Part shown: piece after piece, positions 50,561 to 64,000 of the stretch
Layout: each line of letters starts with the position of its first letter
How positions within the stretch are numbered: the first letter of the stretch is position 1
Assembly (NCBI RefSeq): GCF_963921235.1
Contig: NC_086111.1
Span: 48,918,001-48,982,000 of the forward strand
Reading direction: 5' to 3'
Source of the DNA: Mobula hypostoma
Lineage: Eukaryota
DNA: 64,000 bases
Program-made: the position numbers and the translations under genes
The notes under the pieces: model-generated
What the model saw: only the letters and a program-made list of their open reading frames with translations
What the model was told of the DNA's origin: nothing
Databases searched by the model: none

Positions 50561-51329
50561 CTCTTTCATGGTTTACAAATTTATGTGCATTGAAGTAGCC
50601 AAACGCTATCCTTTTCTGATGTTGTCAGTGATTAATTATGACAGAAGCACTGCAGCATTACACTCTGAGTCCCTGTGAGGTATCAATGTAAGGTGGCTTA
50701 TGGAAGACAGCCAGGATAACTTGAACTGTCTTCCTAATTTATGCTTTTAAGTGTGTCTGTAGTTACCAAAAATTGCAGCAGATTTCCGCTTAATGATGAC
50801 TGCTGATGACTTCACACCTATTTGCTCGGTGAGACCTGTGCTCATAGAATAAAACCTGAAATGAATTTTCATTGTATAACCATGCAAACACTTCAGTTTT
50901 AATAGATACTTTGTTATTTAGATGCCATTACCTTGAAATTTTTTATCATGAAAATTGCCTGATTGCTTCAGCTGGAATTGATTCAATAGAAAGATTTTCA
51001 TACTTCTGCATGCATAGTGATTTGTCTACAAAAGAAAATAGTATGCCATTATGGGTCATTTCACAAAGAATCCCTAGATACATCCAGAACTCGAATTATC
51101 AAAGAAAATAGGCATTACGATTATTGCACAAACAGCAGATGAATGAAATGCATTTATGGGTGGAGAATGAAAGCAAACTTTGGTGAAATATTACATTGTT
51201 TTGCTTTAAAGTCATTGAATTGAAAGAACCTCTTGAATCTATCCTGCTTTTGTATTCAGCTGAATTATTTCAAATTGTGGTCTAAATACAACAGTAAATT
51301 TGTACTGTAAATAATCCCAGAGGAACCTA

Positions 51330-53210
51330 TATAGGTAAACAGTACTGAGGAATTTTCTCTATCCCTGAACACTTCTCAAACGAGGCCATATGAAAGAGAT
51401 TAGAAAGAAAAACTTTCCTGGGGATATACTTATAGTTTTCCTAACTATCAGAGCAGATAAAGCAACATCTATGTGGGCAGATATCAGAGAGAGGCACCAA
51501 AAATAAGGTTTTCATAGTGGGGAATTTCAATTTCCGAAGAATCAACTGGGATTACCTTTGTGTCAAGCCAACTCAAGGTTATTCTCATGTGCATACGCAC
51601 GATGAGGTACATTACAGTGAGGGATTTACTTGCAATAATATCAAGGATACGTGGATGTGGACCACACACAGAAAATAAGCTGTATACAAAATTATACCTT
51701 TTATATAAATTCTTTGAAGAGTTAACATATTGTATTAATGAGGACTGGGCAGTGGTTGTGATTTACATGGATTATAGTTAAGCCTTTGAGAAATTACCAC
51801 AGAGGAGACTAGTTCCAAAGCCTAGTCCAGGGCAAGTTAGCAAATTGGATCCAAAAATTGCTTGGCAATAAGAGACAGAAGTTGATGGTAGAGCATTGTT
51901 TTTGTGATTGGATTCTTGCAACTAGTGGTATCCCACAAGGATCATTCCTGTGACGCTTACAGGTTTCAATATATATGACAGATTTGTTGATACTGTGGAA
52001 GGCTGCAAAGAAATATTGTCATGTTGTTGGAATCAAGTTCAAGTTCAAGTTTAATTGTCATTCAACTATATACATGTATACAGCTAAATGAAACAGTGAG
52101 CCTCTGAGGCCAAGGTGTAAAACACAGTACATATGGTCACACACTGCAATTATAGTTACAACAGCATATACAGTCACAAAAAATACTAGCCAAGTCCCTG
52201 AGCGGAATGGCCTGAAGGTTGACAGTCAATGGGATGTTGGCCTGGAAGCCACATTTCTGCAAGAACAGGTGCTCAGCAGTTCCTCATCTCGCTTGTTCAG
52301 TTGTAGACAGAGTCAAATCAGCTTAACTTGCACTAGGTCAGCTGTAGACAATTCAGCTTGTCTTCCAGGGAGTGGATACTGGAGACCAGCACCGACTGGA
52401 GGGGCCAGTCCCCAACCCAGCACAGATGGCTTGAAAATTAGCAGGTGGAGTTTAATCTAGATTAATGTGAGCTGATGCATTTTGGAAATACTAATGAAGC
52501 ATGAATGGCTGAGTCTTGAGGAGCAATAAGGAACAGTGGGATCTTTGAGTACAAGTGCATTTCTCCTTGAAGGTGACACTGCATGTATGTAACATGATTA
52601 AGAAGATACATGGTCTTTGTTTGTTCAGATGTTCAACAGGCAGGTTATGTTCAAGCTTTATAAAACCTTTGTCAGTCCTCAGCTGGAATACTGTGTGTAC
52701 TTCTGTTCACCTGTTTATAGAAAAGATATGATAGAACTGGAGAAAGTGCATAGGAGATTTACCAAAAAGTTGCCTGGGACAGAACAGTTCCATTATGAAG
52801 AGATATTAGAAAAGCTCAATCTGTTCCCATGGACAAGAGGAAGTTAAAAGGGGACCATGAATGAGCTATGTAAACTTATAAGGGGTACAGTTAGGTTAAA
52901 CTGAAGGAAATCTTTCTCCATTTCAGAGATAGATAAAACTAGAGGACAAAAGTTTAGATTCAAGTGGCAAGACATTTAGGAGGAATATTGGTTATATTGG
53001 TGGTGGTGGGGTGTTACTTCTTTATCCAGAGAGTGTTAAGTACCAAGATTACTTTGCTTTGGAGAAGGCTTGAAGCTGGGTCATACTTGAATTGTTGTGG
53101 CATAGAAAACTATGGACAAATGCTGGGCGATGAGATAAATACTGAAGGGTGCCTGCATGACAGCATATTTGAGTTAGCTGAATGGTCTTTTTCCATACTG
53201 TACAATTCTT
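51330..53210 (+). mobile_element. Old CR1 with deletions, interrupted at ~52035-52430 by a minus-strand LINE 3' end
   Basis: FFEELT, VIYMDYS, LYKTFVSPQLEYCVYF...RRFTK; the insert starts aagttcaagttcaagtttaattg. Confidence 0.8.
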
Positions 53211-53490
53211 TGATTCTTTTACTTGTCAAACTAATGCAATATAGCATCTCATCAGTCAGGCCAAGTTACCATTGGGATTACATTGACCTTTGTTACCTCA
53301 GAATTTCATTATCCCATTGTTCAGAAAGAGTGGCACTGGCTACTTAATTCTGATTATTTTTGCAACTGCTTCATGCCTCAGGAGAATTAAGATTATCTTA
53401 ACAGTCTGCAGTTTGGAACTTGAGTGGAACTAGGTGAGGGTCAAATAGCCTTGACACCATGATTTTTCTTTGTTGAAGGATATGAATAAA

Positions 53491-54354
53491 TGCAACCCTC
53501 TCACTGGGCTTGTATACAAACTTGGCTCATTAGCTAACTCCACTAACAGCCACGTGACTAGCGGTGAGAAGGCCACCTTTCATAAGCAATATACACCTAG
53601 GGTCGGTACAATTTAGACTTCAACCAAACAGGAAAGTTGGGATGTTCCGGGGAGGAACATTGATTGTAGTGGATGCTGTGTAAGTACTGCGCCATGCAAA
53701 GTTATCATTTGCCTGAACACTAACAGATCATACACCAGCACAAGATTACAAAAGAATTACATTTACTGAATTTTCAACTTTAACAAACATTTACAGAAAA
53801 AGAAAGGAAAATTAGAAGGGCCCATTATAGTTAAACCAATCTAAATGTGCACAAACACTGGAGCTCATTTCTGGTGTGTTGCTTTACTCACATGCTGACC
53901 CACGGTCTGTGTGAAGGCACCTGCCACAGTCCAAATTTCCCTCGAAGACCATCTTAAATGAACTTGATCTCTCAGGCGATTTGGTCCTTCCTCCTTGGAG
54001 CCATTCATCCGCACAAAGCACTTTTTATAATGGAGACTCTCCTTCGAACGACATTCTGTGGGCATCTTCCATTGTGCCCCGCTCAGCTGCTGCTGCCAAA
54101 AAGACCCCAAACCAGACTACCTCCGTCAGGAATCTCTGCTGTCCAGCAATCCCCAGTGCTATACTGGGCAGAAAGTTATAACACGTACCAAGACAACCCT
54201 GACAGGCTGACACCACATTCCTAAGTTGGACAACATGTCTCCTTTAGACAAAGCCAAAATGCTCTTACTAGCAGGACACACTGCTTTTACAGAACACTGC
54301 TAAAATACAAATACTTCACAGCATAGTAATAGAAATCTTACTCAGGGCATTACA
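53491..54354 (-). mobile_element. Solo LTR with exact 4-bp TSD
   Basis: TG...CA termini; taaa at 53487-53490 and 54355-54358; homologous to 12179-12968. Confidence 0.85.
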
Positions 54355-54944
54355 TAAACCAATTGATTTTTTTTAACAGTCCACCAATGTTCATTCTTGA
54401 TTAACATGTTTCATAAACTGATGTAACAAATTTGAATTTGAGCCATCATATTTGCTAATATCTAACCAGATTAATATAAACTTCATGTCATTTTAACTAG
54501 TGAAGATTTCATCTCGGTCTCCCATTTGAATAACTGGATAACCTTATTTCACATGACATTGGTCGAGCTTCAGGAATCAGAATCTATGACAAGTATGATA
54601 ACTTCTGGTAAAAATAGTGCTGGTGTTTGGTGTTGCAGTACTTTGTAATAACAAAAAGAATCCGTCTTGGAGGCTATATAGGAGAGCAATGATCATTGCT
54701 GATGTTACTGTTGGAAGACCATGAGTTTTATGCCAGCTCTGAAGTTTTGATTCAAATAGCCCTTTCCTAAATAGACCAGAAGCTCTGCTGCTGCCTTAGA
54801 AGTGGTAGTGAATTTCATCATTAACGCCTGCCTTCACAGTTGACTTCACAGATATAGGAAGCAGACAATATTTTTAAGTTGCTTCAAAACAACAAAATAT
54901 ATTTTCTTAAGATTAGCACCATCATTACTTATAAAGCACCTCTT

Positions 54945-55152
54945 TGATCAATACATTGGGTGGACTTTTAATTTTTTTTTATTCTAATTGTATTCTTTCC
55001 CATAAAAATCCTGTGTAACTTATGCTTTATGTATATTTTTTGTTGCGAATGCTGCTTGTGTGAAGCTATGTATCTGTGATGCTGCTGAAAGTATTTCACT
55101 GCACCCGGGCACACATCTACTCGTGCATACAATAAACTTGACTTTGACTTGA
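54945..55152 (+). mobile_element. Rex1/Babar-type 3' UTR fragment
   Basis: aataaacttgactttgacttg tail. Confidence 0.6.
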
Positions 55153-55613
55153 AAGCAGCACTCAACTCACTATTAGAAAAAAAACAGACATAGAATTATA
55201 CTACGCTCTATATTTGAATTCACATCCCATACTCCAAAAAGCTCTTTGAGTTTGAAATGGCATTGCTGTTAGTTGATCTCTAACCCTACTTCTCCCACAT
55301 ACATGCTCAGAATTTATTAAATTTGCTCATTTATTTTGACAAAGCCTTTGTTACTTTTCTGGTTGACTGCCTGAATCTAGTTTAAAATGTCTTGCAGAAA
55401 ATTACTTGCTGCATTAAAGTGGATATAGATAGATGTTATTACTACTCCCCAAGACTTGCACTGCCGTCCAACCAGGACTGTAGGGACTAGAATACTGGGG
55501 ATGGAAAAATGACCCAGATAGCTTTGCTTATTTCAAACCTCTGTTTTGAAAGCTGATAAAATTATATTGGATTTTAGGATTTTTTGTGCTATCAGAAGTT
55601 TTTCTGTGTTAAA

Positions 55614-55870
55614 CAATAATAATAGTAACAATGAATAAGTACTTTATTGATCCCAAGTGGGAAATTATTTTGTTACAGCAACATTAAAAAACACTTAGCA
55701 ATAATAATAAATAATAATACATACAATAATATGAACTAATAATAAAGTGCAGAATAATAATATAATATACACAATAATTTATCAGTGTGCAATCATGTGT
55801 GAAATTATATAACCATAATTAATAATACCATAAATAATAGTGTTAATAATAACCATAAATAATACCATAG
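55614..55870 (-). repeat. AAT-rich low-complexity tract within a LINE 3' end
   Basis: tactttattgatccc...gggaaatt plus degenerate (AAT)n and short local duplications. Confidence 0.55.
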
Positions 55871-58800
55871 CAGCTTTGAAATTAGCAATAAAAATGGTTT
55901 TAAGGACTTCTTGTATTTTTCTGTCAAAGTATTTTAACAGTCTTATTTTGTAGCAAAGTTCTAGTGGGACTGTTGAATTTTCTGCTAGCTTTCAGGCTTC
56001 ACCTATTGAAGGGTTCACTCACATTGGACAGAATAGACAAATCAATTTTACTTTATTTCAAGCTGAAGTGTTATGTTTCTGCAAAGAGCCCTTGGCAGCA
56101 CTTCAAATGATAGCCTTCAAAAGTCATCATATAATAGTGCTATATTATGAGGGATTGAAACCAAAGACACTATAATATGAAGCAAATGTTTTAACCTCTT
56201 TTACCAGGTTATACACAACTGGCATATTTCACATTAATATGATAAAAATATTAACGTGTTGATCATAATCAAGACCAGATAAGCACAGCACCAGATGACT
56301 GACAAAAATATTATTAGCAGAGTTTGCAACTATCGAATTGCTAGCAGATTATGCGAGAACAGACTGCGGCTACTTTTGTAATCAAGCCTTTCAAAATTCC
56401 CTCAATTCTGCTCTACTCATGTATTTGCTATTTGAATCTGATGTCCCCAGCTAATGCCAGAGGTCCTTAATGGATCCACTGGCACTTGGGAAGGAGCTAA
56501 GCAGTCAAATTGGATGACCTGGCCTAATGATTAATCAGAACTCTGAACCTGTCATTTTGCTCCATCACTAAATTCTACTTTTCAGCAGACAAGTCTCGGT
56601 TTGCAAGGATTTTCTGGAGTTATTGCTTCTCAGGTGAGACATAGTGCAAGATCCATGGCCCGAAGTCACATCCAAGTAACTTAGAGCCTGCCAGAAACCA
56701 TGTATATCCAGCCCAGTTAATTATGTGTGGAAAAGTCATAAGCAGGGAGATAGGGCTTGAAACATCTGATCCAATATATTCTACAATGGATACCTTTCTT
56801 TATGGTTTCCTATATGAGAATTTTGTATTATTTTATATCTGTAGTTGGTTATTGCATTGTTCTGACTTTGTACATATTTCTGTTTCTGATAATGATTATT
56901 AGAACTCCAGTTCCTATAGCTGCATATTCTGTTTGTTCCTTTCAAGTTTATTTTGTACTGGAGGCTATTCTGTAGCTGCCAATCTGTGAAGCAGAACAGA
57001 CCCAAAGTCTAGGCCTTAGATGACAGGTCTTGAGCATTCCACCCCCCCAATAATGTCATGGTCTTTGACAGCTCACTAACAACAATTAGAAGCAATTCAA
57101 AAGAATTTAAATGATTGAAATATTTTAATTATCAATTTTCAAAACAAATTTAAAGCATCAAGAACAAGTTAAAGATGAAGATAAAGTAAAATTTAAAAAA
57201 TCATTAACTGCATTCATCTTGTCATAGTAATGTTGGAATGAATTGATGAGAATGAAATTGAGAATCTGGATGTGAAGTGAATCGAGTTCTTCGGCTTTGG
57301 TCAGTTAAACTCCATTCTTCAATTCTAGCAGTGCAGTTGTAGACAAACAACTCTAAAGCATTCAGCTTGTTCCTGCATGTTCATATGCACAAGTCATGGA
57401 AAAAGTGATCCAGACATTGCAACCGGCAAAAAAATTGTTACCATCCAGTCAGCTAGTACTGGAATATTGTTCCAACACTGAATCTTTGTATGCAAGCTGC
57501 CAACATCTTCCGGACCTGTGTTGACTTGCCGCCTGAAGCTATCTCAGTCTTAAGTGAGAAGGTCATATGTCATACCAGAATCTGGCATAACCTATAATGC
57601 CATGCGGAGGGGCTCCAAATGCTAAAGAAAAGATCTAGCAATGGGTTAAGCCAGCTTCCTAGGCTTTACCAGCTGTCAGATCTGTCAAGGATACTGAATA
57701 TTTTTGTATGTCCCAAATATCTTTCCCCATCAATTTCTGTCCATTGAAGTGAATAGGAGGCCGATTTCTCCAGCATAACTTATTGGGAAATCGCATCAAT
57801 TTTGTGCTCTGCTGCTAGATTTTACATGAGTCCAACACTGGAGCACAATTAAAAAAATCTCACCAGCAAGTTTGCAAAGCCTGTGTTGGGTAAGAATCTC
57901 TAGTTTATAAGATTATTTGCCAGCAGTTCTGTATGGAATGGAAGTATTTTCCTGCAGTTCTGGGCATTGCTGTGGCAGCATACCCAGTGCAAATCTTCAT
58001 TCAGCAGGTATTGAAGATTTGTAATTTTGTGTCCTGGAAGACTCTGGTTGCTCACAAATTGTGCTAATTGAAAACTGAAATCAATTTCTGGTCATTAATG
58101 TACTGAGGGGAAATGGAGATAGCGCTGAAAAGAGGCACCAAGATAGAACAGCCCTCCAGGGTGCAAAATTACTATTCTTCACTATGATCTCAACTATGAC
58201 TTTGATGAATGACACTACAAGCTCAGAGGGCTGGATGTCCTACTCCCATTCTTAGATTCTCGTGAATCAGCTGCTACATTTCCTATATTACATCAGCCAG
58301 TATACCCAGTGTTTGTAACATCCTGTAAGTGAAGTGAAAATTGCCTTTCTTTCTAATCCAGAAATATTACCTTTGTAATAAAATAATTGGCGTTTATAAT
58401 CCACTTAAGATAAAATGAATAATGGCACAGGATAGTTGAAGGTCAAGAAAAGATTGACTTAACTTCAGTAGAGCCTTCCCAGACTTCCTTTTCTCTCTGG
58501 TGTTAGCTTGAAACTGGAGGTTAGAATTGACAGATCTTTTTCAGATGCAGGACTGCAGTATAGGATGCCACAGGGAAATGTAACTGATGTTACAGCAGAA
58601 TGCGTAAAGGAGTTATGACCTATTTGAACCGTGATGGAGCATCACCAGTTTAATTCATATAAAGTCAATTGTGCAAAAGAATTGAGTCATCCATCTGTGC
58701 AATGGCTTATAAGTCCTTTACTCGAATGTGAGTGTTTTTATAATAACTTGTTCCATAGCAAAAATGATTATTTCATTGTATGAAGTGATAGAAAGCAGCC

Positions 58801-59996
58801 AAACCGAAAAGAAAACAAACAATAACATTTAATGTAATATAAATATGAAATGTCTTCTGGGATAATGGTAATTGCCATTAGGGACCTCTTAATTTAGAAA
58901 TATATGTCTCTACTCAGAAATACATCTGCATTTTGAGAGCTGAACCTGGAAATGCAAACTTCTAAAGCTCAACAATCTGCTGGCAAGAGATTCCTTATTT
59001 TTCCGTCTCTATAGGGCTGCACACTATTGCTTGAAACAGACCACTGCCTGGTAGAGGGTGTGGCATTATCGAGGTTTACTAATTACAGGCTCCTCCCAGA
59101 TTATGATGTTTCAGTAAAGTTTCTGTGAACCATGATGGTATTAGCAACTTTGGATGAACTAGACTAGAGGGTTTGATTGTGAAGATGAGAATTTCACATA
59201 TATTCACATGTCCATTGAGCAGAATTGGTAAATGAAATTCATTCCTTAGTGCTGGTAACACAGATTCCACTGAAGTTTCTGTCGTAACAATAAAAATAAT
59301 AGGGATTCCCATTTATTCAGTAATAGGTTTTTGTCGATCCAAATTGGATGAATGATCATGGGTTTTGAGTTAGCTGACTGTAATGTTGCATAGGTTTTTA
59401 TGATCCTTGCTGAATGAAAACTAGCAGTGGCACGATTGATTACTCATTTTGTACACTCTACTTTCGTTTCTCCATTAAACTTGATGGAAATTGAAAGTGG
59501 TTGAGGTTTATAATGCGTGTTTAACATTTTCTGTTGCAACTCTAGACCAGTGGCAAGATTTATCTCAATGTTGAAGTACTTTTGTCTATGGTATATTATT
59601 TTATTCACTTCCTTTTCCTGAGCTGCAGTACACAAGGCTAAGATTAGTTATTGTTACACGGTGGAACAGAAATCACCTGAGCCTATTTTGTGCTTCCCTG
59701 AATTGGAAATTTTGCACCTGGCTCCCTGTGGCAGATGTGAAAATAAGCCTCGTTAGTATTTTCCACAGAAGTATCTAATTCCTTGGAAACATTCACAGTA
59801 GCTTTTGTGTGCATGAAGAGACAATGTTGGGTTTCTTGCTCTGGCAGCAACTCTGGGGTTTGGGAAATGCTCCTCATGAGTTAAGTCTTGTATTAAATGT
59901 GAGAAATACCTGACTTTCATTGATGGCCACTGCTTTGTTAGACTGAAGACACCAGAGCACACACAATAGACTTTGTGGTTAACACCCCCTAATTGC

Positions 59997-61530
59997 AATA
60001 GAACATAGAATAGTACAGCACAGTACAGGCCCTTTGGCCCACATTGTTGTGCCGACCCTCAAACCCTGCCTCCCATATAACCCCCCACCTTAAATTCCTC
60101 CATATACCTGTCTAGTAGTCTCTTAAATTTCACTAGTGTATCTGCCTCCACCACTGACTCAGGCAGTGTATTCCATGCACCAACCACTCTGAGTAAAAAA
60201 CCTTCCTCTAATATCCCCCTTGAACTTCCCACTCCTTACCTTAAAGCCATGTCTCTTTGTATTGAGCAGTGGTGCCCTGGGGAAGATGCGCTGGCTATCC
60301 ACTCTGTCTATTCCTCTTAATATCTTGTATACTTCTATCATGTCTCCTCTCATCTTCCTTCTCTCCAAAGAGTAAAGCCCTGGCTCCCTTAATCTCTGAT
60401 CATAATGCATACTCTCTAAACCAGGCAGCATCCTGGTAAATCTCCTCTGTACCCTTTCCAATGCTTCCACATCCTTCCTATAGTGAGGCAACCAGAACTG
60501 GACACAGTACTCCAAGTGTGGCCTAACTAGGGTTTTATGGAGCTTCATCATTACCTCGTGACTCTTAAACTCTATCCCTCGACTTATGAAAGCTAACACC
60601 CCATAAGCTTTCTTAACTACTCTATCTACCTGTGAGGCAACTTTCAGGGATCTGTGGACATGTACCCCCAGATCCCTCTGCTCCTCCACACTACCAAGTA
60701 TCCTGCCATTTACTTTGTACTCTGCCTTGGAGTTTGTCCTTCTAAAGTGTACCACTTCACACTTCTCAGGGTTGAAATCCATCTGCCACTTCTCAGCCCA
60801 CTTCTGCAACTTATCAATGTCTCTCTGCGATCTTCAACAATCCTCTACACTATCTACAACACCACCAACCTTAGTGTCACCCGCAAACTTGCCAACCCAC
60901 CCTTCTACCCCCACATCCAGGTCGTTAGTAAATATCACGAAAAGTAGAGGTCCCAGAACCGATCCTTGTGAGACACCACTAGTCACAACCCTCCAATCCG
61001 AATGTACTCCTTCCACCACGACCCTCTGCCTTCTGCAGGCAAGCCAATTGTGAATCCACCTGGCCAAACTTCCCCGGATCCCAATGCTTCTGACTTTCTG
61101 AATAAGCCTACCATGTGGAACCTTGTCAAATGCCTTACTAAAATCCATATAGATCACATCCACTGCACTATCCTCATCTATCTGCCTGGTCACCTCCTCA
61201 AAGAACTCTATCAGGCTTGTTAGACACGATCTGCCCTTCACAAGCCATGCTGACTGTCCCTGATCAGACCATGATTCTCTATATGCCTATAGATCCTATC
61301 TCTAAGAATCTTTTCCAACAGCTTTCCCACCACAGACGTAAGGCTCACTGGTCTATAATTACCCAGACTATCCCTACTACCTTTTTTGAACAAGGGGACA
61401 ACATTCGCCTCCCTCCTGTCCTCCGGTATCATTCCCGTAGACAACGAGGACATAAAACTCCTAGCCAGAGGCTCAGCAATCTCTTCCCTCACCTTGTGGA
61501 GCAGCCTGGGGAATATTCCATCAGGCCTTG
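59997..61530 (-). mobile_element. CR1 LINE, 5'-truncated, relatively young
   Basis: ORFs 60159..60809, 60834..61241 and 61238..61537 with [46 protein letters not shown]. Confidence 0.95.
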
Positions 61531-61949
61531 ACTTCACTCAGATGGCGATGTGAGTGTGGAACAAGCTGCCAGGAGAACTGGTGGATGTGGGTTTGATATT
61601 AGCATTTAAGAGGTTTGGATAAACATATGGAATGGGAGGGGAACTGACTAAAACAATAAGAAGAGCCTCTTTAGATTTTGTGTTGCAGGATCTGTGGAAA
61701 ATAACATCACTAAATTTCACATTAGATATTTTTCATACATTTTTGGTCAATTGGATAATAGTCCACAAAGTCATATACCCGTCAGTCACTTGTTATTTCT
61801 TCCAGTGAGGGAAAGGAGTTTTAATATGCTAATATATACCAAGAACATTGCTTTAATTCTCCATTCAGCATAACCCTGCAAGCTATTTGGTCACTTAATT
61901 TCCATTATGTACAAATTGATTGAAGTGTTCCAACTTCTTCAGCTGATCA

Positions 61950-62272
61950 AGATTTCTGTTCATTTTAAGCCTTTTATCTGAATTTGTCACAGATACATCG
62001 AAGCACACAGTGAAATGCATCCTTCATATCAATGACCAACATTGTCTGAGGATGTGCTGGGGGAAGCTTGTAGGTGTTGCCATGCTTCACAGCCAGCGTA
62101 GCATGCTCACAACATAATAAGCCTAACCCGCATATCTTCCCAAATTGGGACGAAGTGGGAGCACCCGGAGGAAACGCACGCCGTCACAGGGAAAATGTAA
62201 GAAGTCCTTACAGGCAACAGTTAGGATTGAACCCCTATTACTAGAGCTGTAGAGCATTACACTAACGTGAGG
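61950..62272 (-). mobile_element. V-SINE-like element with LINE-derived tail
   Basis: gagcacccggaggaaacgcacgccgtcacaggg...ggattgaaccc (reverse box B)...cactaac. Confidence 0.7.
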
Positions 62273-62397
62273 CTATTGACCCATCCATGATAACAGCCCT
62301 AACAGCTCTGTATGTTGAAATCTTGCTATTGGTCTGTTCAATTCTCGCCTAGTTCTCCCTCCAACTCCACCCCCACTCCACCTCACTGCACTGTGGA

Positions 62398-63450
62398 CTA
62401 ATAGAACAGTATTGAAAAACAGGCCCTTCAGCCCATCTGGTCCATGCCAAACTGTTATTCTGTCTTGTCCCATCAAACTGCACCTGGACCATGCCCCCCA
62501 ACGCCCTCCTATTCCATATGTTTATCCAAACCTCTTAAATGCTACAATCAAACCCACACCCACCAGTTCTCCTGGCAGCTTGTTCCACACTCACATCGCC
62601 ATCTGAGTGAAGATGGTACCCCTTAGGTTCCCCTTAAATATTTAACTTCTCACACTTAACCTATGACCACAGTTCTAGTTTCACCCGACCTCAGTAGAAA
62701 AAGTCTGCTTACACTTACCCTATCTGTACTCATCATGATTTTGCATACCACCACCAAATCTCCCTACCTTCTGCTGCACTCCAGGCAATAAAGTACTGTT
62801 CAACATTTCTCTATATCTCAGGTCTTCAGATCCTGACAACATTCTTGTAAATGTTCTGTGTACTCTTTAAAATCTTACTGATATCTTCCCAATAGGTAGA
62901 TGACCAGAATGTCACTCAATATTCCAAATATGGCCTCATCCAATGTCTTATACAATTTTAACATAACATCCCAACTCCTATACTTAAATACTCCGATTGA
63001 TGAAGTCCAATGTGCCAAAGGCTCTCCTTTTGACCCCACCTTCACGGAGTAAACCTGTATTTCCAGATCCCTATGTTCTGCCGCATTCCTACCATTCATT
63101 ATGTAAGCCCTACCCTGGTTTGTCCTCCCAGAGTACAACACCTCACACTTATCTGCATTAATTTCCCTATGCCATTTTTTTCAACCCATCTTTTCATCAG
63201 GTCCAGATCCCACTGCAGGCTTAGTTAGCCTTTGTTGCTGTCCACTCTGCCCCTATTCTTGGTGTCATCCACAAGTTTGTTGATCTAGTTTATCACATCA
63301 TCCAAATCATTAATATAGATAACAAACAATAATGGACCCCACACCAATCCCTGTAGCACACCACTAGTGACAGGCCTCCAGTCAGAGGGGCAACCATCTA
63401 CTACTACTCCGTGACTTCTTCCACTGAGCCAATATTGAATCTAATGTACT
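62398..63450 (-). mobile_element. CR1 LINE fragment, older
   Basis: atagaacagta tail; VMLKLYKTL; ttggtgtcatccacaagttt (reverse of the xDDTK region). Confidence 0.88.
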
Positions 63451-63453
63451 ATT

Positions 63454-64000
63454 TCAAGTTCCAGTTCAAGTTTATTGCCATTCAGCTGTATACCTGTATA
63501 ATGCCAAATAAAACAACATTTCTCCAGACTAAGGTACACAACATGGTACATATAACTCACAACACATAAATTATTATTACCACAAATAAATTAGCATATA
63601 ATAAAATGTATTTCAGAAGATTGACATTCAGCATAAGGGGCATTTACGACACAACTTAATAAGTGAACAGTATAATGCTACTGGCACTTCATAAGTGATC
63701 AGACCTGGGTGGTGGCAAGTAAGTTCAGTAGTCTCATGGCCTGGAGGAAGAAGCTCTTTCCCATCCTAATGTTCCTTGTCCTGATGCTATGGTGACTTCT
63801 GCCTGATGGTGGGGGGCGGGGGGTGATTAAAGAGATTGTGGAGATGGATGGGCGGGATCCTTGACAAGGCTAAGTGGAAGAGAGATACTGATGATCCTCT
63901 CAGCAGTCCTCACAGTCCTTTGTAGGGTCTTGCGGCCAGATACCTTTCAATTTCCATACCAGATGGTAATGCATCTGGTCAGGATACTCTTTGTTTTGCT
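63454..64000 (-). mobile_element. Rex1/Babar-type 3' fragment running off the window
   Basis: tcaagttccagttcaagtttattg tail; ctgcctgatgg and ggaagaagct blocks shared with 26150-26300. Confidence 0.8.

Noticed and set aside
12179-54354. A single giant LTR element or composite transposon bounded by the two homologous repeats
   Set aside because: Inverted orientation, substantial divergence, separate TSDs and no internal gag/pol.

Overview
Repeat-dense, CpG-depleted vertebrate genomic DNA, intergenic or deep intronic. The repeat mix (CR1, Rex1/Babar, RTE, Tx1, Penelope-like elements, V-SINE/Deu-SINE, solo LTRs, Tc1/hAT remnants) resembles a cartilaginous fish (shark/ray); that assignment is inference. 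I find no host protein-coding exon that I can support, and every recognisable ORF is a fragment of a retroelement RT or endonuclease. The main signal is a Neptune-type Penelope-like family whose terminal repeat carries a minimal type I hammerhead ribozyme (agtc-CTGACGA-agggtctcggcct-GAAAC-GTC-gact). Nine insertions have readable 11-17 bp target-site duplications (TSDs). Six of them are tiny (150-290 bp) non-coding inverted cassettes, and most of their internal breakpoints fall on the ribozyme. Also present: a second (Poseidon-like) Penelope family with a different hammerhead, two copies of one solo-LTR family, a young RTE carrying a nested Rex1 piece that forms an in-frame chimeric ORF, a possible decayed HDV-like ribozyme, and a local inverted duplication at a CR1 5' junction. 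Family names come from motif recognition, not database searches, and boundaries of decayed copies are approximate.
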